Below are positions 1-11,508 of a stretch of DNA of 64,000 nucleotides, one piece after another. The first letter of the stretch is position 1. Every line of letters begins with the position of its first letter. Below the pieces are notes generated by a model. That model searched no databases and was not told where the DNA came from. It saw nothing but the letters and a program-made list of their open reading frames with translations. The DNA lies in contig CAVVTZ010000007.1 of assembly GCA_963751275.1 (NCBI GenBank), forward strand, positions 512,001 through 576,000, given 5' to 3'. This DNA is from an uncultured Gemmatimonadaceae bacterium (lineage in GTDB: Bacteria > Gemmatimonadota > Gemmatimonadetes > Gemmatimonadales > Gemmatimonadaceae). Both the position numbers and the translations under genes were made by a program.

Positions 1-22
1 GTCGTATGCGTTTGGATGGATC

Positions 23-56
23 AAAACGGGGGCGCCGCGAAAGCGGCGCCCCCGTT
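23..56 (-). terminator. Probable intrinsic terminator (GC-rich hairpin)
   Basis: 14-bp perfect stem aacgggggcgccgc / gcggcgcccccgtt with a 4-nt loop. On the minus strand the stem ends in TTTT. Lies downstream of the minus-strand lpt-mla operon. Confidence 0.6.
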
Positions 57-90
57 GATCTGCGGCCTGGCGGATCTGGTGGATCGGTCC

Positions 91-242
91 GTGGGAACTG
101 CCTTTGACAGGATTCACATGATGAACGTGATGACGACCTGACGTTGCTGGGAACCCCATGGCGCCTCGCGTCCTTCGAGCGCCCGCAGTCCCGCAGTTCA
201 CATCATGTCCGTCATGTTCATCATGTCAAATGCAGTTCCTAC
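91..242. repeat. Palindromic element copy 1 (degenerate, about 68-nt spacer)
   Basis: Arms 91-132 (gtgggaactgcctttgacaggattcacatgatgaacgtgatg) and 201-242 are imperfect reverse complements and carry the ACTGC(N)TTTGACAKGAT motif of copies 2-4. Confidence 0.8.
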
Positions 243-293
243 TCCCCACGAACCTACCACGGACACGATTCTCGCGACGGACACGAGGCTTCG

Positions 294-1271
294 CTAGAAC
301 ACCTTCACGTTGATGTATTTCTTCGGATTCGCCTTGATGTCGGCCGTCAGTGAATCCAGCCGCGCCAGCAACGCACGCAGATTATTGTAGACCCCCGGGT
401 CGTTCATCAGCAGGCCGATGGTGCCTTTGCCGCTGTCGGCCTTCGCGAGGAGCGCGTTCACGCGCACGCTGGACGAATCCAGATTGCGCGTGAGCGAGGC
501 GAGGTTCTTCGACGCGGCCGAGAGGCTGTGCATCGTCGAGTCCACCGTGGCGGAGTCGATCGCGTTGAGGCTGCGCCGCAGGGAGGCCAACGTGGCGGTG
601 AGCGCCTTGGACTGCGTGTTCGCCACGTCGTTGAGGTTGGTCACGAGCGTGTTCGTGGACGCGATCGTCTTGCGCAGCTCGGCGATGCCGCCGTTCGTGA
701 CGAATTCGATCTTCACGGTGCGCGCGACATCGTTCAGCGACCCCGTGATGGTGTCCATCTTGAAGAGGATGTCGTCGATCGACGGCGCGCCGTGTCCTGC
801 GGGGATGGTGTCGTTCGCCGCCATGAACGCGCCGGGCCGGCACACCGGACCCTGGTCGCCGGCGGGTGCCGCGGCCGGCGGAGCCGGCGCGGCGCCGCGC
901 GCCGGCTCGGTGGCTCCCACCGGCGGCTGGTAGCGCCGGCACGGCTTGATCGCCACCGACTTGTCGCCGAAGATCCCTTCCGAGATCACGGTCACGGTGC
1001 TCCCCTCGGGGACCTTCCGGCCGCGGTCGATCGCCATCTTCACATCGAGATACCCCTCGGGATCGAGGTCCACGTTCTGCACGTATCCGATCTGCACACC
1101 GGCGAGATAGACGGGCTGCCCGACTTTCAGCTGCTGCCCCCAGTCGAAGCGCGCGAACATCGGATACGACTTGGTCCAGCCGCGCCGCGCGAGATAGAGC
1201 GTGCCGACGATCCCCACAACCACCGCGATCGTGACGAAGATGCCGACGATGACTTCGTCCTTACGTTTCAT
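294..1271 (-). CDS. mlaD: MlaD/MCE-domain protein
   Basis: N-terminal TM, MCE motif (LKVGQPVYLAGVQIGYV...GIFGDKSVAI), helical C-terminus ending IKANPKKYINVKVF. ATG overlaps the mlaE stop (ATGA). Confidence 0.88.
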   Translation of the reverse strand: MKRKDEVIVGIFVTIAVVVGIVGTLYLARRGWTKSYPMFARFDWGQQLKVGQPVYLAGVQIGYVQNVDLDPEGYLDVKMAIDRGRKVPEGSTVTVISEGIFGDKSVAIKPCRRYQPPVGATEPARGAAPAPPAAAPAGDQGPVCRPGAFMAANDTIPAGHGAPSIDDILFKMDTITGSLNDVARTVKIEFVTNGGIAELRKTIASTNTLVTNLNDVANTQSKALTATLASLRRSLNAIDSATVDSTMHSLSAASKNLASLTRNLDSSSVRVNALLAKADSGKGTIGLLMNDPGVYNNLRALLARLDSLTADIKANPKKYINVKVF

Positions 1272-2113
1272 GGCTTCAGGAGGGGCGCGAGATAGAGAGC
1301 GGTGAGCGCGTCGAGCAGGAGGATGATCACGGACGAGATGACGACGGTGCGGGCCGTGGACTTGCCCACGCCCTCGGCGCCGGCCTCGGCGGTGTAGCCC
1401 TCGTACGATCCGATGAGCGAGATCGCGCCGCCGAACAGCACCGCCTTGATGATCGCATAGTATACCTGGAACGGGATGAACGTGAGGTGCAGCCCGGTCG
1501 TGAAATCGTGCATCGTGACCTGGGTGAACGCGATGACCATCGCACCGCCCGCGGCGATGCCGGTCCCGATCGCCAGGATCGTGACGAGGGGCACCATCGT
1601 GATGCCGGCGATGAAACGCGGCACCACGAGATACGCCACCGGATCGTACGCGAGCGTCTCGAGCGCATCGATCTGCTCGGTCACGCGCATCGTGCCGATC
1701 TCCGCGGTCATGCGCGCGCCCACGCGGCCGGCGAGCACGAGCGCGGTGATCAGCGGGCCCAGCTCGAGCACGATCGACTGGCGCACGATCCAGCCCACCG
1801 CCGAGAGTTGCGCGCCGGGGAAGAGCTGGTACACCGTCTGGTAGCCGGTGACGGCGCCGATGAACGCGGCCACGGTGCCGGCGAGCGGCATCGAGTCCAC
1901 ACCCACGTTCTTCATCTGCTTCACGGTGAGCGGCAGCCAGGTGCGCGGCTCCGTGAATAGCCCGCGCAGCATCTCCACCGCGAAGAGCACGCGGCTGCCG
2001 ATCTGCCCGAACAGCAGCGCCGCCCAATGCGACATCTGCCGGAAGAAGACGATCGCCGCGCGCTGGGGCACGGGGAACGTGTGCGTCGGGCGCCGCGTGG
2101 CCGCGTCGGTCAC
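1268..2113 (-). CDS. mlaE: MlaE-family ABC permease
   Basis: ELGPLITALVLAGRVGARMTAEIGTMRVTEQIDALETL motif and GAEGVGKST. GTG start overlaps the lptG stop. Confidence 0.92.
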   Translation of the reverse strand: MTDAATRRPTHTFPVPQRAAIVFFRQMSHWAALLFGQIGSRVLFAVEMLRGLFTEPRTWLPLTVKQMKNVGVDSMPLAGTVAAFIGAVTGYQTVYQLFPGAQLSAVGWIVRQSIVLELGPLITALVLAGRVGARMTAEIGTMRVTEQIDALETLAYDPVAYLVVPRFIAGITMVPLVTILAIGTGIAAGGAMVIAFTQVTMHDFTTGLHLTFIPFQVYYAIIKAVLFGGAISLIGSYEGYTAEAGAEGVGKSTARTVVISSVIILLLDALTALYLAPLLKP

Positions 2114-3204
2114 GTGCGCACCTTGCTGAGCAGTACCGCGCCCACGATGCCGAAGAGCAGGCTCGGGAGCCATGCGGCGAGATACGGCGGGATCACGCCC
2201 CCCTGGCCCACGGCCTTCATGATCTGGATCAGGATCAGGAAGATGATCGTGGTCGCGAGGCTGATGCCGATCCCCATCGCGAAGCCGCCGCGCTGCGTGC
2301 TCGTCGCGAGCGGCGCGCCGAAGAGCGCGATGATGAGGCACGTCACCGGCAGCGCGAGCTTGAGCGAGAGCTCCACCTTCAGCTCGTTCACATTCGCACC
2401 GGAGCGCTCGCCGGAAATGATGTAACGGCGCAGTTCGCCGAAGCGCATGTCGTCGGGGCTGCGCGGGAGCGCCGTCAGCTCCACCGGCGCCTCCACGAAC
2501 TTCGCGTCACGGAGGCTGTCGAACGCGAACGCGAGATCGCGCGACGAGTCCGGCACGATGTGCATCGTGCCGCCCAGGAGCGTCCAGCGCTTCGCGGTGG
2601 AGTCCCACACCGCGGTGCGGGCGGCGATCAGGATGGTCGGATAGTCGATGCTCACGCCCTTCCGTTCGATCTCCAGCATGTCGATCTGGTGCTGCTCGAT
2701 CGTGAGGTTCCCGATCTTGTAGACGCGCCCCTCGGTGGCGGCGTACGCGAAGTTGAAGCGGTTCTGCCCGGGACGGTACTTGTGCTCCTCGAGGATCTCG
2801 TCGCGCCGCGCGTTGGTCACCGGCACCAGCTCGCCCAGCCCGAAGGCGAGCGCCATCACGCCCACCGCCGCCACGAAGATCGGCGCCACCATGCGGTGGA
2901 AGCTGATCCCGTTCGCCTTCGCCGCCGAGATCTCCCAATGGCGCGTGAACCCCCCGATGGAGAAGACGGTGCCGAAGAGCACCGCCACCGGGAGCACGAG
3001 GAACATCGAGTCGGGGATCCAATAGATGTAGCTGAGCGCGATCTGCTTGAGCGTCAGATGGCGGTTCAGGTACTTCTCCATGTGGTCCACGAGATCGATG
3101 ATGATCACGAGGAGCGGGAATCCCAGCGCGAGGCGAATGAAGATCTTCCAGAACTCGGCCATGACGTACCGGTCGAGCGGGCCAATGCGCGAGAGGAGCT
3201 TCAC
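2110..3204 (-). CDS. lptG: LptF/LptG-family LPS export permease (LptG-like)
   Basis: LDRYV N-terminus, EISAAKANGISFHR coupling helix, LAAWLPSLLFG C-terminus. GTG start overlaps the lptF stop. Confidence 0.85.
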   Translation of the reverse strand: MKLLSRIGPLDRYVMAEFWKIFIRLALGFPLLVIIIDLVDHMEKYLNRHLTLKQIALSYIYWIPDSMFLVLPVAVLFGTVFSIGGFTRHWEISAAKANGISFHRMVAPIFVAAVGVMALAFGLGELVPVTNARRDEILEEHKYRPGQNRFNFAYAATEGRVYKIGNLTIEQHQIDMLEIERKGVSIDYPTILIAARTAVWDSTAKRWTLLGGTMHIVPDSSRDLAFAFDSLRDAKFVEAPVELTALPRSPDDMRFGELRRYIISGERSGANVNELKVELSLKLALPVTCLIIALFGAPLATSTQRGGFAMGIGISLATTIIFLILIQIMKAVGQGGVIPPYLAAWLPSLLFGIVGAVLLSKVRT

Positions 3205-4967
3205 GTCGTGGGGCCCACGGCGGGCCGTGCGCCGAGTCGCCGCGCGGCGATCCAGTTCTTCGCGGTCTCGAGCAGCTCGCTGAAGTCGCCGCCGCGCGCG
3301 GTGGATCCGGAGCGCTGCACCTTGTACATGAAGTACACCCCGGCCGCCGTGAAGATGACGTTCGCCATCCACATCCCCCAGAACGGCGTGAGCTTCAGGC
3401 GGTTCGCCGTGGCCTCGCCGGCGACGAGGCCAATGTAGTATATGGCGAAGACGACGATGCTGATCCCGAGCACCATCCCGATCCCGCCGCGCGGGAAACG
3501 CAGCCCCACTGGCGCGCCGAAGAGCACGAACACCGCGCAGGCCGCCGCGAGCGCGAACTTCTTCTGGATCTCCACGGCGTAGCGGCTGGCGGTGGTCCGC
3601 GAATCGCTCACGCGCGCCTTCGCGATCTGGAGCCGCGCGAGCGTCTGCACGAACGACTGCGCGCCGGCGGTGCCAGTGGCCGCCGGCCCCTGCGGATCGA
3701 GCACCACGAGCGGCGCATTGCCGGCAGCGGGGCGCGGAGGCATCGGGCGCTGCGCCGGCACCACCGGCCGGCCGAAGGGCGCCAATGCCGGACCGCCCGC
3801 CGAGGGCGGGACGTGTGGCGACGCTCCCAGCATCGCACGGGGCCCGACGGGTGACCTGGTCACCGGCACGGGCCTCCGGACGGCCGGCGTCGCACTCACG
3901 ACGGCCGGCGGCGTCGATGCGGGGGGCGGCAGGGCCGGTGGCACCGGCGGCGGCGGTGGCACGGGCTCCGATGCTTCGCTCGTGTCGGGCGCGGGCGAGA
4001 TCCGCTTCACGAGACGGCAGTACAGCGATCCCAGCGTCCGCAGTTCCGTGCGCGGCGGCGTCGGCTCCATCCGCGGATGCTCGCCGGTCGCGGCGAAGTG
4101 CACCGCCATGAGCATCGTCCCCGCGACCTCGGAGCGCGCCACCGCCTCGTCGTGGCGCGCCTTCTGGTACATCGAATCCATCTCGCACACCGACATCTCG
4201 CGCTCGGACTTGTACGTGTCCTTCGACGTCTCCTCGAACTTGTTGCCCACATTGCGCACGCGCACGAGGTCGGTCTTGAAGTACAGGCGCTCCAGCTCGC
4301 CCATGTTGAGCTGCGGGATCTGCTGCATGTAGCCGTCGTGCAGCGTCAGCACGAGGTCGCGCTGGTCGGGCGTGAGTCCCATCGAGCCGCTGTCGGCGTA
4401 GATCGTCTTCCGGCGCGTGGGGTCATCGAAGTTGAAGATCGTGACCTCGGTCATCGCGTTCGACGCTTCGTCCAGCCGCCCCGCCCGCAGGAAGAGGCGC
4501 CCCGGCATCACCTCGTTGATCACCTGCGCGCGCAGCGCGAACGTCGGCTTCTTGCGCGCGATGTCCGTCTGCAGCGAGCGCAGCCGGTGGTTCGCGCGCG
4601 GGAGCACCTGGTCGTTGAACAGCAGGTTCGCGAGGGCGAGGATGATCCCCGCCACGAGCACCGGCTGCACGAAGCGGATCATCGACACGCCGCTCGCGCG
4701 CATCGCGGTCACCTCGTTCTCCGCCGAGAGCCGGCTGAACGCGTACAGCACGGCGACGAGCACCGCCATCGGCAGCGTCATCGCCACGATGAACGGCAGC
4801 GTGAGCAGGAAGAACTCGCCGATCACTCCCCACGACAGTCCTTTCCCCACCAGGTTGCCGAACTGCTTGGCCACCTGGTTGAGCAGCAGGAGCGTCGTGA
4901 GCGCGGACAGCGCGAACACGAGCGGCCCGAGGTGCTCTTTGAGGACGTAACGGGTGAGGATGCGCAT
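3201..4967 (-). CDS. lptF: LptF/LptG-family permease (LptF-like) with long Pro/Ala-rich insertion
   Basis: MRILTRYVLKE, RLSAENEVTAMRASGVS, EIQKKFALAAAC, WMANVIF motifs. Confidence 0.87.
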   Translation of the reverse strand: MRILTRYVLKEHLGPLVFALSALTTLLLLNQVAKQFGNLVGKGLSWGVIGEFFLLTLPFIVAMTLPMAVLVAVLYAFSRLSAENEVTAMRASGVSMIRFVQPVLVAGIILALANLLFNDQVLPRANHRLRSLQTDIARKKPTFALRAQVINEVMPGRLFLRAGRLDEASNAMTEVTIFNFDDPTRRKTIYADSGSMGLTPDQRDLVLTLHDGYMQQIPQLNMGELERLYFKTDLVRVRNVGNKFEETSKDTYKSEREMSVCEMDSMYQKARHDEAVARSEVAGTMLMAVHFAATGEHPRMEPTPPRTELRTLGSLYCRLVKRISPAPDTSEASEPVPPPPPVPPALPPPASTPPAVVSATPAVRRPVPVTRSPVGPRAMLGASPHVPPSAGGPALAPFGRPVVPAQRPMPPRPAAGNAPLVVLDPQGPAATGTAGAQSFVQTLARLQIAKARVSDSRTTASRYAVEIQKKFALAAACAVFVLFGAPVGLRFPRGGIGMVLGISIVVFAIYYIGLVAGEATANRLKLTPFWGMWMANVIFTAAGVYFMYKVQRSGSTARGGDFSELLETAKNWIAARRLGARPAVGPTT

Positions 4968-5115
4968 GGACGTTGCGGAATCTATGGCTTGCCGAGCCAG
5001 GGAGCTAATCAAAGGGGCGTGAGGCGTGAGCCGTGCGTCGTGAATTGCATAACAAATAATGAACGGCGCCTGCTGAACGATTACATTCCCTCGAACCTCC
5101 ACGGAGTTCCAATCG

Positions 5116-6009
5116 GTGCGGCGTTACGCGATCCTCCTCTTGAGTCTGGCCTTGGCGTGCAGGAACGACGCCCCCCGCACCCCGTTCAACGGCGCGGCCG
5201 CGCTCGGCTACGTGAAGACCCAGCTCGACTTCGGCCCGCGCATTCCCGGCTCGCCCGGGCACAAGCAGACCGGCGACTGGATCGTCGAACGCATGCGCCC
5301 GCTCGCCGACACGGTGATCGAACAGCGCTGGACCCACGTCACGGTGAAGGGCGACACGCTCCCCCTGCGCAACATTCTCGCACGCTTCCGCCCGCATGAA
5401 TCGCAGCGCGTGCTCTTCATCACGCACTGGGACACGCGCCCCGTCTCCGACCAGGCGGCCGACCCCGCGCAGCGCACGCTCCCGATGCCCGGCGCGAACG
5501 ACGGCGCCTCCGGCGTCGCGATGTTCATCGCGCTCGCCGAGGCCCTCAAGAAGACGCCCCCCGATGTCGGCGTCGACCTGCTCTTCGTGGACGGCGAGGA
5601 CTACGGCTCCTTCGAGGACGGCAAGGACGTGCTCCTCGGCTCGAAGTACTTCGCCAAGCACCTCCCCGACTCGGGCTACGCGCCGCTCTACGGCGTGCTC
5701 TGGGACATGATCGGCAAGAAGAACACGCGCTTCCCTGAGGAGGCGTTCTCGGTGCAGCGCGCGCCCGAGGTGGTCGCGCTCGTGTGGAAGCGCGCCGCCG
5801 ACCTCGGCTACAAGGGCACCTTCGTGCCCGTTGGCGGCGGCGCCGTCACCGACGACCACCTGCCGCTCCAGGAGGCCGGCCTGCACGTGATCGATGTGCT
5901 CGACATGGACTACCCGGAGCACCACACGCCGCAGGACACCTTCGACAAGGTGTCGCAGCGAAGTCTGCAGATCTCAGGCGACGTCGCCTACTCCCTGGTG
6001 CACGAGTAG
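5116..6009 (+). CDS. M28-family peptidase / glutaminyl-cyclase-like lipoprotein
   Basis: Lipobox LALAC. Zinc-ligand motifs HWDTRP, GANDGASG, DGEDYG, DMIG, TDDH, HHT. Confidence 0.85.
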   Translation: MRRYAILLLSLALACRNDAPRTPFNGAAALGYVKTQLDFGPRIPGSPGHKQTGDWIVERMRPLADTVIEQRWTHVTVKGDTLPLRNILARFRPHESQRVLFITHWDTRPVSDQAADPAQRTLPMPGANDGASGVAMFIALAEALKKTPPDVGVDLLFVDGEDYGSFEDGKDVLLGSKYFAKHLPDSGYAPLYGVLWDMIGKKNTRFPEEAFSVQRAPEVVALVWKRAADLGYKGTFVPVGGGAVTDDHLPLQEAGLHVIDVLDMDYPEHHTPQDTFDKVSQRSLQISGDVAYSLVHE

Positions 6010-6078
6010 CGCGACGGTTCAATGCGGCGTGTGATGTTCCGGTGATGGTCCGCGGCGCGGCGCGTGTCATGTTCGCCC

Positions 6079-6729
6079 ATGCCGACCCCCACCGAGAAAC
6101 GCGCCCTCACCTTCTTCGCCGGAGTCATCCTCCTTGGCGCCGCCGCGCGGGTGCTCGGCGCCTCCGGCAACGCTCCGCCGCCTGACTCCGCGTCGCGGCT
6201 GGAGCTCCACCGCCAGATCGAAGCCGTGGACAGTGCGCGGAAGAGCGGGGGCGGCAAGCGAAACCGCCGCCGGCGCGCCGGCGCCGACACCGCCGGTCCG
6301 CGCCCCGTGTCCGGCGGGAGCGTCTGGACCGCGGAGAGCACGCCGCCGCGGGTCTACTACGCGCGGGTGCGCCCGCGGCGCGGCGCCGGCCGTCCGGCGT
6401 CGGACAGCCTCGGCGCCGGTCTTGCCCCGGCCGATCCCATTCCGCCCGTCCGAGTGGACATGGACGTCGCATCGGCCGCCGAGATCGAGGGGCTGCCGCG
6501 CATCGGACCCACCCTCGCCCAGCGGATCGTCGCCGATCGCGCGGCGAACGGGCCCTTCGGCACACTCGAGGAACTCGGCCGGGTGAAGGGGATCGGTCCG
6601 GCCATCGCGCGTACCATAGCGCCGTACGTGACCTTCACCCTCACACCGCGTCCATCCAACGAGAGCGAAGGGGCCTCCGGCGCAGCCGGCGGCCGCGGTC
6701 GGCGCTTGCGCAAGCCGCGCTCTCCATGA
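6079..6729 (+). CDS. comEA: ComEA-like helix-hairpin-helix DNA-binding protein
   Basis: N-terminal TM and C-terminal HhH pair (LPRIGPTLAQRIV...VKGIGPAIA). Confidence 0.75.
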   Translation: MPTPTEKRALTFFAGVILLGAAARVLGASGNAPPPDSASRLELHRQIEAVDSARKSGGGKRNRRRRAGADTAGPRPVSGGSVWTAESTPPRVYYARVRPRRGAGRPASDSLGAGLAPADPIPPVRVDMDVASAAEIEGLPRIGPTLAQRIVADRAANGPFGTLEELGRVKGIGPAIARTIAPYVTFTLTPRPSNESEGASGAAGGRGRRLRKPRSP

Positions 6730-6808
6730 CAGAATATCGGCCTGCACGCAGCCCGGTCCTTGGCCGGGGGGCGACCAGCGACCCGCCGTTCCACTCTTCC
6801 GAGCACCA

Positions 6809-8652
<1,844 letters not shown>

Positions 8653-8840
8653 CGACCACCGGGCTGGTGCGCGGTACCCGGCAATGTCCGTGCCCGGGCC
8701 GGCGGACGAATCGATTCCGACGCGGACGGGCGACGTAGGCGTCGCTCCTACCAGGCGCCCTCGATTGTCGTGCCGTGATCCCGCGCCCGTCCCGAATACC
8801 GGTCTAACGCCGTGCACGGAGCTCCAACTGATCTCGCCTC

Positions 8841-10024
8841 ATGACTGCTCCAACTACTCCCGCGCCCACCGCAGCTCCGGCGCCAATCTCCGGCCAGCTG
8901 CTCGAGGAAATGATCGAGCGGGACGCCTCCGACCTGCACATCACGGCCGGCGAGCGCCCCAAGCTGCGCGTCGATGGCGACATCACCAATTCGACCAACG
9001 AGCAGGTGCTCACGCCCAAGGACACGCTGCAGCTCGCGTACTCGGTCCTCACCGAGAACCAGAAGAAGCGCTTCGAGATCGAGGACGAGCTCGACTTCTC
9101 GTTCGGCATCCAGAACCTGGCGCGCTTCCGCGGCAACTGCTTCAAGCAGCGCGGCTGCGTGTCGCTGGTGATCCGGCAGATCCCGTTCAACGATCAAGAC
9201 CTTCGAGCGAGCTGGGGCTCTCCCCGGCGGTGGCGAAGCTGGCCGAGAAGCCGCGCGGCCTGGTGCTGGTGACCGGTCCCACCGGCTCGGGCAAGTCGCA
9301 CGACGCTGGCCGCGATGATCGACAAGATCAACCGCGAGCGCAAGGGGCACATCATCACGGTGGAGGACCCGATCGAGTTCATCCACCGCCACCAGAGCTG
9401 CATCGTCAACCAGCGCGAGGTCGGCACCGACACGAAGTGCTTCGCCAGCGCGCTCAAGTACGCGCTGCGCGAGGACCCCGACGTGATGCTGATCGGCGAA
9501 ATGCGCGACCTGGAGACGATCTCAGGCCGCGCTGACGATCGCGGAGACCGGCCACCTCGCCTTCGCGACGCTGCACACGAACTCGGCGGCCGAGGCGATC
9601 AACCGCATGATCGACGTCTTCCCGGCGCACCAGCAGTCGCAGGTGCGGCCGCAGCTCGCGTTCGTGCTCGAGGGGATCGTCACGCAGACGCTGCTGCCGC
9701 GACGCCAAGGGGCGCGGCCGCGTGATGGCGGCCGAGATCCTCGTCGTCACGCCGGCGATCCGCGCGCTGATCCGCGACGACAAGGTCCACCAGATCTATT
9801 CCTCGATGCAGTCGGGGAAGAAGTACGGCATGCAGACGCTGAACGACGCGCTGTACCAGCTGTACATGGCGCGCGAGGTCGTGCGGGAGGAATGCCTGCG
9901 CGTGTCGAGCGACCCGAACGAGTTCCTCCGCATGATCGGTGAAGGCCCGATGGATGAGAGCACGGACCCGCTGCAGGCGCCCAGCCGTGAATCACGGATG
10001 GCCGGCGCCGGCGGCAAGCGCTAA
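8841..10024 (+). CDS. pilT: Retraction ATPase PilT (frameshifted in this assembly)
   Basis: [53 protein letters not shown] across frames. Confidence 0.88.
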
Positions 10025-10046
10025 CGCCCGGGACTGAGGAAATAGA

Positions 10047-11242
10047 ATGCCGACCTTCACTTACACCGCGCGCACGCTCAGTGGCGAGCTCAAGACCGCG
10101 ACCATCGACGGGACCTCGCGCGACGACGTCGTCGCGCAGCTCCGCCGCCAGCAGCTGATCGTCGTCAAGGTCGACGAGGAGCCGAAGAAGAAACCGGGGC
10201 GGCGAAGATCAAGACGCGGGACATCGTCATCTTCACGCGCCAGTTCTCGACGATGATCAACTCGGGCCTGCCGCTCGTGCAGGCGCTCGACATCCTGGGC
10301 AAGCAGAGCGAGAACAAGGCGCTGCAGGAAGTGACCAAGCAGGTGGTGTACGACGTGGAGTCGGGGCACACCGTGGCCGATGCGCTGCGGAAGCATCCCA
10401 AGGCGTTCACCGATCTGTACGTCAACATGGTCGCGGCCGGCGAGGCCGGCGGTATTCTCGACACCATCCTGATGCGTCTCGCGACGTTCATGGAGAAGAA
10501 CGACGCCCTGATCCGCAAGGTGAAGGGCGCCATGATCTACTCCGCCGTCATCATGAGCGTCGCGGCGATCGCGATCGTCGTGCTGCTCGATCTTCGTCAT
10601 CCCGGTGTTCGAGAACATGTTCGCGACCGTGAACCTGGCGCTGCCGCTCCCGACGCGCGTCGTGATCGGGCTCTCGGGATTCCTGAAGGGCTACTGGTGG
10701 GCGTTCTGATCGGCGGCTTACGGACTCGTCTGGGCCGTGCGGCGCTGGTACAACGACGCCCGGTCGGACAGCTCAAGCTCGACACGGTGCTGCTCCACAT
10801 GCCGGTGCTCGGCGACGTGCTGCGCAAGTCGGCCGTGTCGCGCTTCACGCGCACGCTCGGCACGCTGATCAGCTCGGGCGTCAGCATCCTGGACGGCCTC
10901 GAGATCACGGCCAAGACGGCCGGCAACCGCGTCATTCACGACGCGATCATGTCGAGCCGCGCGTCGATCGCCGGCGGCGATACGATCTCCGCGCCGCTCC
11001 AGAAGTCGAAGGTCTTCCCGCCGATGGTGATCTCGATGATCGCCGTCGGTGAGCAGACCGGCGGACTGGACGAAATGCTCACGAAGATCGCCGACTTCTA
11101 CGACGAGGAAGTCGACGCCGCCGTCGGTGGCCTGCTCTCCCTGATGGAGCCGGTCATGATCGTGTTCCTCGGCGTGGTCGTCGGCGGCATGGTCGTCGCC
11201 ATGTACCTGCCGATCTTCGACATGATCAACGCGGTGCAGTAA
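10047..11242 (+). CDS. pilC: Type IV pilus platform protein PilC (frameshifted in this assembly)
   Basis: MINSGLPLVQAL, AGEAGGILD, VGEQTGGLDEML, AMYLPIF. SD GAGG upstream. Confidence 0.88.
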
Positions 11243-11247
11243 CCACT

Positions 11248-11270
11248 CGGGAGTCGGGAGTCGGGAATCG
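11248..11270. repeat. Short tandem heptamer repeat (CGGGAGT/CGGGAAT x3)
   Basis: tcgggagtcgggagtcgggaatcg immediately after the pilC stop. Confidence 0.65.
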
Positions 11271-11302
11271 AGAGCGCGCGGGGCGAGAGCCTCGCGCGCT
11301 CT
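11271..11302 (+). terminator. Hairpin after pilC (terminator or RNA-stabilising stem)
   Basis: agagcgcgcggggc-GAGA-gcctcgcgcgctct, a 14-bp stem with a GNRA loop. U-tail is weak. Confidence 0.5.
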
Positions 11303-11508
11303 TCGCATCTGGCACCATGACCTGCGACTGGGCATCATTGGGGGATGCACCGCAACGTTCGGTCGACGTCCGCGTATATCCGGAAGGATTCCCGGAGCCG
11401 CGCCACGAGACGTGGGTGGCAGTACAACCCAATGTCTCGGAGCGACACGTCCCGTTGGACCCTTCTGCGACCGACCACCTACGCCGTGCCGCCACGGCGC
11501 CCGCAGCG

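Noticed and set aside
11310..11325. sigma54 promoter TGGCAC...TGC upstream of the efflux operon
   Set aside because: The GG-GC spacing is one base too long. It could be rescued only if a sequencing insertion is shown.
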